Of a DNA stretch of 32,000 nt, positions 25,444 through 32,000 are shown piece by piece; position 1 is the stretch's first letter, and every line of letters starts with the position of its first letter. Origin of the DNA: Ruminococcus albus 7 = DSM 20455 (GTDB lineage Bacteria > Bacillota > Clostridia > Oscillospirales > Ruminococcaceae). The translations under genes and the position numbers were made by a program. Below the pieces are notes generated by a model that saw only the letters and a list, made by a program, of their open reading frames with translations, did no database searches and was not told where the DNA came from. The stretch spans positions 1,350,001 to 1,382,000 of the forward strand of contig NC_014833.1 in assembly GCF_000179635.2 (NCBI RefSeq), written 5' to 3'.

Positions 25444-26465
25444 ATGGTTATCCCCTTAACACACCACAAGTAAGATCACTGCACCAAAGCAGCCAAAAGC
25501 CTTAAATACGCACTGTTTCCCAGCTTACGACGGTTGAATTTGTAACAGTATTCGGCAGCATATAACGCTGTGTGGATCTTTTCGTTTCCGTGGTAAGTTC
25601 CCATGATCATTGCTTTGAAGTTTGATATAACTTTATGCATCCAATTCAGCTGACCGCTTGTCGGATCATATGTTTCAAAAACATGGAAGTATTTCTGTGC
25701 CAACGGTTTCTTGTAACTTCGAGCATTATCACTCTCGATCTTCGAGCCAGCGCGGATATTATCCCTGGCAAATCTACCCACAGTTATACCCTTTAAATTC
25801 GGCACATCTCTCATTTTAACGTACTCGGGATTTCCTGCTGCGTTCTTCGATAAAGCTACGATCATCTTGACTTTTTCAGTACCTCTGCCGCGCTTTTTAC
25901 CGTGAGTCGGAGCACCGAGATACGTGTCATCAAGTTCAACGATTCCGTCGAGCAAATAGCGTTCTTCACGGCATTTCATAGCTTTTCTGATGCGGTGAAG
26001 GATGTACCATGCAGTCTTGTAGGTCACCCCCAAAGACCTCATCAGCGTAACAGCAGAAACACTGCATTTGTTGCTCATAATGAGGAATGCGGTGACTATC
26101 CACAGTCTGAGCGGAATATGTGTTCTGTGCATAAAAGTTCCGTTTGTGGCGGATATATCTGCTTTACAGAACTTGCAGCGCAGCAGATGGCGTGACCTTA
26201 TCCTGCGGTACTCAGAGCCACCGCAAAACGGGCAGGCAAAGCCCTTTTCAAAGCGGATATCAAGCAGAAAATCCTTGCAAAAGCTTTCATCTGCGAACTT
26301 TGAATATATCCCATCAAGTGTGATCTCAGGTTTCGGAAATCTTTTTGACATAGCGACAGCTCCTTTCGTTTCCTGTCACTATTATACTATATTTTCCGGT
26401 TTTTGAGGTCTGTTTATTTGGACAGCATTGTAAATTATCTGTGGTGTGTTAAAGGGATAACCATG
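25444..26465 (-). mobile_element. IS1595-family insertion sequence (about 1.02 kb)
   Basis: 24-nt terminal inverted repeats ATGGTTATCCC(C/T)TTAACACACCAC at 25444-25467 and 26441-26464 (1 mismatch). It is flanked by the direct duplication TTTTCTAAT (25435-25443 and 26466-26474) and has a single transposase ORF. Confidence 0.88.
25476..26351 (-). CDS. IS1595-family (ISXO2-like) DDE transposase
   Basis: 291 aa. N-terminal zinc ribbon CPFCGGSEYRRIRSRHLLRCKFCKADIS, then VELDDTYLG... and an ...ESDNARSY... DDE-type core. Confidence 0.88.
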   Translation of the reverse strand: MSKRFPKPEITLDGIYSKFADESFCKDFLLDIRFEKGFACPFCGGSEYRRIRSRHLLRCKFCKADISATNGTFMHRTHIPLRLWIVTAFLIMSNKCSVSAVTLMRSLGVTYKTAWYILHRIRKAMKCREERYLLDGIVELDDTYLGAPTHGKKRGRGTEKVKMIVALSKNAAGNPEYVKMRDVPNLKGITVGRFARDNIRAGSKIESDNARSYKKPLAQKYFHVFETYDPTSGQLNWMHKVISNFKAMIMGTYHGNEKIHTALYAAEYCYKFNRRKLGNSAYLRLLAALVQ

Positions 26466-26683
26466 TTTTCTAATGCTATGTATGTAATATGATCATCGCT
26501 GCTTATTTGCTTTGCTACAAATCGCTTTTTGTTCAGATCCCAATCCTCGGTATATTTGCATTCAACCAATGAAAAGTCTCCGTCTATTCTGCGATATACC
26601 TTATTTACATCCTGTTTTCTGTTATATAAATCCAATGATTCTATACAGAAATTTGTATCTGATAATAATTCAATTTTAATCAA
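26466..26683 (-). pseudogene. GNAT N-acetyltransferase, N-terminal fragment
   Basis: (TTG start)IKIELLSD...DDHITYIALEN. Removing the IS and one duplication copy joins it to ...DKVVGF in frame. AAGGAGG RBS. Confidence 0.8.
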
Positions 26684-26794
26684 ATGATAAACCTCCTTAT
26701 GTTATATGCTTTACTTTTTTGATTCATTTGCATTATTATCGTTTTCATACGCAACACCTCTTTCACGTTCGTAGCCCGATTTATGTTAGTGATG

Positions 26795-26823
26795 ATTATA
26801 GCACAATAACGCTGCGCTGTCAA
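26795..26823 (-). promoter_or_regulatory. Consensus promoter of the (disrupted) GNAT gene
   Basis: The reverse complement reads TTGACA-N17-TATAAT exactly. Confidence 0.65.
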
Positions 26824-26830
26824 TAAAAAC

Positions 26831-26869
26831 GCCATAGTATTTCTGACCTTGCATCAGAAATACTATGGC
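26831..26869 (-). terminator. Intrinsic terminator of the AraC/HAD operon
   Basis: 16-bp perfect stem GCCATAGTATTTCTGA / TCAGAAATACTATGGC, followed on the minus strand by GTTTTTATT. Confidence 0.9.
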
Positions 26870-26909
26870 ATAAAACTTCTATATGAGCGCCGTCCTTATG
26901 TCCTCCGCT

Positions 26910-27387
26910 TTATTGTTTTTCATTTCTATTCCTGATCTTTGCTATCTCGGCTTTTATCTTTTCAGCCCATTCATCGTCCTGTTCACCGACTGTAAAGACC
27001 CTGAAACCATAAGTCCTGCCATTCTGGGCAACGGATATATCGTCATCTATATGCAGGTCGATACGGTATTTACTGGGATACTTTGATGGCATACCTTCAG
27101 CGTGGTCTTTCTGGACTTCATCAGCATGGCGCTGACCGTTGACTACCTGATCGGGCTTTATGCCATAGCAGCGGAAAAGTCCGCGTATATACCTCTCAGA
27201 ACGGAATGAAGTGGTGTAAATCCAAAGTTCGATGCCCTCACTTTGGATATAGTTCATCAGCTCTACTGTGCCTGCACGAAGTCTCTCCTTGTAAATATAC
27301 TTCATAGGGAACCGCAGAGAAGGTTCCACTTTGAATTTTTTTTTCTGATACGAACAGTGTATCATCAAGGTCAAAAGAAACTTTCAT
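26910..27387 (-). pseudogene. HAD-superfamily hydrolase interrupted by a +1 frameshift in an A9 run
   Basis: The ATG at 27387 (AGGAG RBS) encodes MKVSFDLDDTLFVSEKK (HAD motif I DxDxT). After the A9 run (27336-27344) the rest (FKVEPS...WIYTTS...HIDDD) continues in another frame. An A8 run would give one continuous ORF. Confidence 0.75.
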
Positions 27388-27395
27388 AATCGCTC

Positions 27396-28214
27396 CTAAT
27401 CTCGTGTGAATTCCTTGCGGTATTCGCCGGGAGTGACCTCTTCATATCTTTTGAAAAGCTCGCAAAGGTATCCCGGTGTGCAGAAACCTGTTTCCACAGC
27501 GATCTGTTCGATAGGCTTTTCGGTGTTGGCGAGAAGTGTTTTGGCTTCACGGATACGGCGCTTAGCTACGTATTCTGTTGGACGGCAATTCAGTGATTTT
27601 CTGAAAAGTCTGCACAGATGCTGCTTGCTTACGCCGGATACATCGCATAGCTGCTCAAGTGTGATCTTTTCCTGGTAATTGCGGTTTATGTAATCAATAG
27701 CCTTTACAAGCGGCCCTGATGGTCCACTGCCTTCATACTCTCCTGATACTACTCTGTAAAAGTCGATCAGGAAATTATAAAGAAGACCTGATGCGCGGTA
27801 GTTGCCGAATATAGTATCATATCTGAGCGCTTCATGCATCTTCATAAAGCCTTCTTCCAGTACATTTATGTCGCTTAATCTGAAAACTCTCGGCTCGGTC
27901 ATGCCGAATTCTTTAAGCATACGGTCATAGCCATAACCACCGGCAGTTATCCAGTGAGTATCCCAGACATCTCCTGTGGTGTAGTATTCATGCGGCACCT
28001 CAGCAGGCAGGAAAAATCCCATGTTAGGGGAGATACGGTAACTTGCACCGCCTACGTTCAGCATACCGCTGCCCTTGGTGCAGTAGATCAACTGCGGATA
28101 TCTGAAGCCCTCAGGTCTGCTTACATGAGATTGATATTCATTCTTACCTATCGTTATTATGTATATTGGCAGCCTTGTTTCGGTGCCTATTATAGGATAA
28201 TCGTCAAAGAACAT
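27396..28214 (-). CDS. AraC-family transcriptional regulator (cupin sensor plus HTH)
   Basis: N-terminal cupin-like part, and a C-terminal ITLEQLCDVSGVSKQHLCRLFRK...IEQIAVETGFCTPGYLCELFKR double HTH. I take the ATG at 28214 behind GGAGG. The ORF-track start at 28301 has no RBS. Confidence 0.9.
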   Translation of the reverse strand: MFFDDYPIIGTETRLPIYIITIGKNEYQSHVSRPEGFRYPQLIYCTKGSGMLNVGGASYRISPNMGFFLPAEVPHEYYTTGDVWDTHWITAGGYGYDRMLKEFGMTEPRVFRLSDINVLEEGFMKMHEALRYDTIFGNYRASGLLYNFLIDFYRVVSGEYEGSGPSGPLVKAIDYINRNYQEKITLEQLCDVSGVSKQHLCRLFRKSLNCRPTEYVAKRRIREAKTLLANTEKPIEQIAVETGFCTPGYLCELFKRYEEVTPGEYRKEFTRD

Positions 28215-28385
28215 AGTGTGTAACCTCCATAGGTTAATATTGTTATATTTATAATACCACAAATACTCTCTATCGTCAAGAAAAATGAGGCTGTCGTGCA
28301 AAATTCCACATTCTAAATAATTGCGGCACCTGATATTTGTGCAATAGTACGAAGGCTCATTTAATGTGTAAAGGCTGAAAATGCA

Positions 28386-28416
28386 AAGGACAGGTACATC
28401 CCGTGTATCTGTCCTT
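28386..28416 (-). terminator. Terminator of the SPFH/Zn-ribbon/TPM operon
   Basis: AAGGACAG-15 nt-CTGTCCTT, followed on the minus strand by TGCATTTT. Confidence 0.6.
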
Positions 28417-28458
28417 AATATTATATACTATTATATTACGATACCAGAAAAAAGTGTG

Positions 28459-29301
28459 TCAGAATTTTCCTCCTGAACCGCTGTGGCTACTGCCCGAGGA
28501 ACTGTGATGTGATGATGTTCCTCCTCCGCCACCTCCGCTGCTTCGTTCGATATGGGTACGTGATACGTTCTTGTACAGGAAATTATCACGCTGTATGTTT
28601 ACTTTGAAGCTGTTTTTGCGTATGTAGTCATCAGCGCCATGCTGCATGGATACGCTTGTAAGCTGGGATTTTATGGATTCAGAAATGATAAAGCCTATTA
28701 CCGCACCGCCGACAATAGCACCTATATACCAGCCGTAATGCAGTTTACCCTTAGCCCTGTGATCGACATCGTATGGTGTGCCTTTCTGCCATTCCTGAAT
28801 GAACTGCTCACTGATATCAGCATACTCGTCAAATGCTTCGTAATAATCCCCGTCTTTGAGTTCGGGGAGTATCTGATCCCAAAGAAAATCCTGACCATAG
28901 TTAGTAAATATTTCTATGCCTTTACCGCATCCTGAAAACCATCGGTCACGTTCTTCCATTGAAAGCATCAACACAAAACCATCTCTGCTTTGACCAAAGC
29001 CGAAACCATTGTAATCGTAATAATCATCGGCATAAGCCTGAGGACTTCTGTCACCCAGTGAATAGCAGGTAAATATCACAACGTCTATACTGTACTCTTC
29101 GCTTATCCTGTCAAGTTTTTCGAGCAGCTTTGATTCTTCGGAATCCGATAATATATCAGCATCATCCACCAGACGGGGTTTTTGTCTTTCGGTGGGGATG
29201 GTGCGGGTAGAATAATATTCATCTGGGATAGATGCGAATACAGGTATGGTGTTTATCACCATGACTGCGGCTGCCGCAAGGGCTGCAAATATCTTCTTCA
29301 T
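28459..29301 (-). CDS. TPM-domain membrane protein (YdjH-like) with a Gly/Ser/His-rich C-terminal tail
   Basis: Signal peptide MKKIFAALAAAAVMV. TPM signature RLVDDADILSDSEESKLLEKLDRISEEYSIDVVIFT. A TM helix WYIGAIVGGAVIGFII. Tail SSGGGGGGTSSHHSSSGSSHSGSGGKF. An alternative GTG start lies at 29310. Confidence 0.8.
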   Translation of the reverse strand: MKKIFAALAAAAVMVINTIPVFASIPDEYYSTRTIPTERQKPRLVDDADILSDSEESKLLEKLDRISEEYSIDVVIFTCYSLGDRSPQAYADDYYDYNGFGFGQSRDGFVLMLSMEERDRWFSGCGKGIEIFTNYGQDFLWDQILPELKDGDYYEAFDEYADISEQFIQEWQKGTPYDVDHRAKGKLHYGWYIGAIVGGAVIGFIISESIKSQLTSVSMQHGADDYIRKNSFKVNIQRDNFLYKNVSRTHIERSSGGGGGGTSSHHSSSGSSHSGSGGKF

Positions 29302-29313
29302 GATGTGCACCCC

Positions 29314-30390
29314 CTATCTGAAAAACATATAGCCAACGCCGAATATTGCTGCCGCTGAAATTATTGCAGCTATCCAGAATGTGCGCCAGTATGCTTTGGT
29401 ATCGCATGGGAGATTGCCTACGAATTTACCTGTCTGACCATTCATGCCGAAGAGGAAAGTCTTGCCCTCCCAGCTGGTGGTCAGCACCCACACGGGATAG
29501 AGTGCGTACTTTGCTTTTGATTGCTTCAGGCGGAGATTATCGCCCTCCTTGGTGACGCTGGAATATCCGGATACTGTTTTCCTGAATGCGTCGTCAACGC
29601 TTTCCTTGGCGCGGACGGTAGCACGTTCGGAAGTATCATCTGCAGCCACATCGTACTTGTCAGCCAGGTAGCCTGCAAGGTAGGCGGTCTGAAAGGGGAC
29701 TGCATCCTTGAAGTTGAATGGTCCTACGGATTCCATAAGGTCATCGGGCATCTTGGTCGAACCGTCAACAGGTATATTATCAAATGACATAGTTCCCTCA
29801 CGGTATACCGAGAAATAGCTTGTTTCGGTAACACGGTAATCGCCCTCGGTGTGTGAATGGGTACGGGTACACTTGTAGCGCACGCCGCCCTCAGCATCAG
29901 CATCAAATAACCAGCAAGGTACATAAATACCTTTTACTTCATCCAAGTGGTTCTGATCCTTGAATACCTTGGGCAGGAACTTTTTGCCGATGAGATGTTT
30001 TTTCAGACCCTCAACTGCCGCGTTCTTATCTACCTTGAATGGTATGACGTAATCAGGCTTCAGGGAACCGCGGAACTGACCTGTCATAACAACGGGATTA
30101 TCACAATAGGGGCATTTTGTAGCGCCCAGTGTTTCATCAGCGATTATCTCACCGCCGCAGGACTGACAGGAATAGACACGCATATTGTCCGTTTCGCCCT
30201 CCTGCCACTGGTTTGCTTCAGGGTTCCAGTCTGTTTCATCGTTGCCGTCAGTGCTGAGATCCTCGTCATATGCAAGCAGAGTATCCATATCGAATTCGGT
30301 CTCACAGTAGGGGCATTTCATTTTCTGTACCTGAGAATTGAATTCGATAGCACCTGCACAGCAAGGACATTTATATTCTTGTACTGCCAT
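29314..30390 (-). CDS. Double zinc-ribbon protein with a C-terminal TM anchor (YdjG-like)
   Basis: CPCC-x17-CPYC and CQSC-x16-CPYC ribbons, then a roughly 200-aa domain and the C-terminal helix FWIAAIISAAAIFGVGYMFF. AGGAG RBS 7 nt upstream. Its stop lies 12 nt from the TPM gene's ATG at 29301. Confidence 0.7.
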   Translation of the reverse strand: MAVQEYKCPCCAGAIEFNSQVQKMKCPYCETEFDMDTLLAYDEDLSTDGNDETDWNPEANQWQEGETDNMRVYSCQSCGGEIIADETLGATKCPYCDNPVVMTGQFRGSLKPDYVIPFKVDKNAAVEGLKKHLIGKKFLPKVFKDQNHLDEVKGIYVPCWLFDADAEGGVRYKCTRTHSHTEGDYRVTETSYFSVYREGTMSFDNIPVDGSTKMPDDLMESVGPFNFKDAVPFQTAYLAGYLADKYDVAADDTSERATVRAKESVDDAFRKTVSGYSSVTKEGDNLRLKQSKAKYALYPVWVLTTSWEGKTFLFGMNGQTGKFVGNLPCDTKAYWRTFWIAAIISAAAIFGVGYMFFR

Positions 30391-30456
30391 GTATATTCTC
30401 CTAATCTATTCTGTATCAAGCGTCCGCATCTATACGGGCTCGCTATCTATACAAAA

Positions 30457-30486
30457 TGATTGCAGAGATGCCTGCACCTCTGCAAT
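30457..30486 (-). promoter_or_regulatory. Intercistronic hairpin between the SPFH and zinc-ribbon genes
   Basis: 10-bp perfect stem GATTGCAGAG / CTCTGCAATC with a 10-nt loop in the 124-nt gap. Only a weak T-tract follows on the minus strand. Confidence 0.45.
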
Positions 30487-30514
30487 CGAGTATTATCAGT
30501 TATATATGTACTTA

Positions 30515-31852
30515 TCAGTTAGCATCGCTATCGTCGAAAACGTCGCCGCATTCGGGACAGAACTTGGGAGGATTGGAAGGATCAGCGGGAGTCCATCCGC
30601 ACTTGTCGCACTTGAATACTTTAGCACCTGCAGGCTTGGGTGAGCCGCAGTTCTGGCAGAATTTACCCTGATTTACAGTGCCGCAAGAGCAGGTCCAGCC
30701 ATCAGCTGATGCGGGTTCGGGCTTGTGTGCGCCACAGTTCTGGCAGAACTTTCCTGTATTTGATGTACCGCAGGAGCAAGTCCAGCTGTCAGCTGAAGAA
30801 GCTGCTGCCTGCTGCTGACCCATAGCGAAAAGCTGCTGAGCGTTCATGCCGCCTGCCTGCTGAGCCATATTAACGCCCATGAAGCCTGTCATAGCGCCTG
30901 CTGCGTTGCTGCCTGCAGCACGCATAGCATCGCCCTGAGCTGCAACAAGTCCGCCTGCTGCCATAGTAGGATCTGCGTACATACTCATACGTCTGCCTTC
31001 CATAAAGAGCTTCTGGCTTTCCTGCTGAGCCTGCTTGATCATCTCCTGATCTTCCTTGGGGAGGTTGAGTGCCTTGATAGCAACTTCAATTACCTCGATA
31101 CCCATATTCTTGCCCCATGTATCAGCAAGTGCAGTATTTACGGCATTCTTCAGTTCTGCCTTTTTGCCTGGGATCTGGTTGGGTCTGATCTCCATATCGG
31201 AAAGTGTGGAAAATGCGGGAGTCAGTGCATCTATGAATTCAGCTTTCATTCTGGATGCGATAGTTTCTTTCCTGTACTCGCTTGCCTGATTGCCGCAGAT
31301 GTTTGTATAGAACAGCAGAGGATCAACGATCTGGAATGTGTACAGACCGCTGCACTTGATAGATACGTCAACGTCAAGACCGATCTTGGAGTCAACTACT
31401 CTGAAAGGTACTACCTCGGGTGTGCCGAAGAGGTTGTTGGAGATCTGCTTGGTGTTGAAGTAGTATACTCTCTGGTCCTTTCCTGGATCGCCGCCGTAGG
31501 TTATACGCTGACCGATCTGCTTGAAGGTATCCTTGATCTTCTGACCAAGCTTGCCGTCAGCAAACAGTGAAGGTGTGCCCAGTTCAAATGTATATCTGCC
31601 GGGACGGTTGCAGACTTCAATGATAGCGCCGTCTTCAACGATTATCATTGTCTGTCCGTCAGCTACTGCTATACCAGAACCTGCGGTGATGATATTATCA
31701 CTGCCCTTTTTATTCTGTCCTCTGTTTGTAATGACTTTCTGTCCCTTTACCATAAGTACTTCATCGGGAAGTGCCTCACAGTAAAAATATTCCTTCCACT
31801 GATCTGCCATTGTGCCGGCTGCTGCGCCGATGGCTGCCATAATAAGTCCCAT
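30515..31852 (-). CDS. SPFH/Band-7-related protein with three C-terminal zinc ribbons (YdjI / COG4260-like)
   Basis: 445 aa. The N-terminal roughly 280 aa match the YdjI-type SPFH pattern as I recall it, followed by a Met/Ala/Gly/Gln-rich linker and then WTCSCG..FCQNCG, WTCSCG..FCQNCG and CDKCG..FCPECG. AGGAGG RBS. Confidence 0.85.
   Translation of the reverse strand: MGLIMAAIGAAAGTMADQWKEYFYCEALPDEVLMVKGQKVITNRGQNKKGSDNIITAGSGIAVADGQTMIIVEDGAIIEVCNRPGRYTFELGTPSLFADGKLGQKIKDTFKQIGQRITYGGDPGKDQRVYYFNTKQISNNLFGTPEVVPFRVVDSKIGLDVDVSIKCSGLYTFQIVDPLLFYTNICGNQASEYRKETIASRMKAEFIDALTPAFSTLSDMEIRPNQIPGKKAELKNAVNTALADTWGKNMGIEVIEVAIKALNLPKEDQEMIKQAQQESQKLFMEGRRMSMYADPTMAAGGLVAAQGDAMRAAGSNAAGAMTGFMGVNMAQQAGGMNAQQLFAMGQQQAAASSADSWTCSCGTSNTGKFCQNCGAHKPEPASADGWTCSCGTVNQGKFCQNCGSPKPAGAKVFKCDKCGWTPADPSNPPKFCPECGDVFDDSDAN
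30617..30790 (-). repeat. Tandem 87-bp (29-aa) duplication encoding two zinc-ribbon units
   Basis: DSWTCSCGTSNTGKFCQNCGAHKPEPASA / DGWTCSCGTVNQGKFCQNCGSPKPAGAKV share 19 of 29 residues. Confidence 0.85.
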
Positions 31853-31915
31853 AGTTAGACCCTCCTTAAAAATTGTTCATTATTCAATATATAATACCTT
31901 ATTTTATGGTACGTT

Positions 31916-32000
31916 TTACCTTTTTGTATCTCTCGGCTTATAGCCGTTCTGTGAATACGGATTCTTGTTTTCCTTAGGCTTTTCGGGAATATCGGGCTGA
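31916..32000 (-). CDS. 3' end of an unidentified upstream gene (partial)
   Basis: Open frame ...QPDIPEKPKENKNPYSQNGYKPRDTKR followed by a stop at 31916-31918. The rest lies outside the window. Confidence 0.3.
   Translation of the reverse strand, partial: QPDIPEKPKENKNPYSQNGYKPRDTKR

Noticed and set aside
1-32000. Search by eye for tRNA, rRNA, CRISPR arrays, integrases, att-like repeats flanking the AT-richer island, and toxin-antitoxin pairs.
   Set aside because: None were recognised. The only clear mobile element is the IS1595-family copy at 25444-26465.

Overview
All homology calls below come from reading the ORF translations by eye. No database search was run. The window looks like a chromosomal segment of a Firmicutes/Clostridia-type genome, judged from strong AGGAGG-type ribosome-binding sites, many TTGACA-N17-(TGn)TATAAT promoters and hairpin plus T-run terminators. 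A Ruminococcaceae-like origin is only a guess.

Contents from left to right:
1. Nucleobase salvage cluster: uracil permease (3' part), upp, hpt, a purine permease, a small membrane protein and a PRT-family enzyme.
2. A monocistronic membrane-anchored Mrr-type nuclease with an FtsK-alpha-like tail.
3. A transglutaminase-like protein and a YqiA-like esterase on the minus strand.
4. tyrA.
5. A pyruvate formate-lyase locus with an unusual architecture. The PflB catalytic core (706 aa) stops just before the glycyl-radical domain. An SD-preceded 81-aa ORF follows that looks like a degenerate, glycine-less copy of that domain with a Cys-rich acidic tail. Then comes a separately translated 83-aa canonical RVSGYAV glycyl-radical mini-protein. 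pflA lies in a second transcription unit behind a DUF3592-like membrane protein.
6. A CapA-like lipoprotein, a GH31 alpha-xylosidase and an MscS-type channel.
7. A visibly AT-richer island of paralogous small membrane-anchored proteins, including a duplicated gene fragment and a tandem pair of 2-TM proteins behind an operator-like repeat array.
8. A double SAM-methyltransferase fusion.
9. oadG/oadB-type Na+-decarboxylase membrane subunits without partner subunits.
10. A GNAT acetyltransferase gene cleanly split by an IS1595-family insertion, with inverted repeats and target duplication visible.
11. An AraC regulator plus an HAD hydrolase frameshifted in an A9 run.
12. A three-gene SPFH / zinc-ribbon / TPM module resembling B. 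subtilis ydjGHI.

I saw no rRNA, tRNA or CRISPR array. The split PFL locus is the most unusual item.
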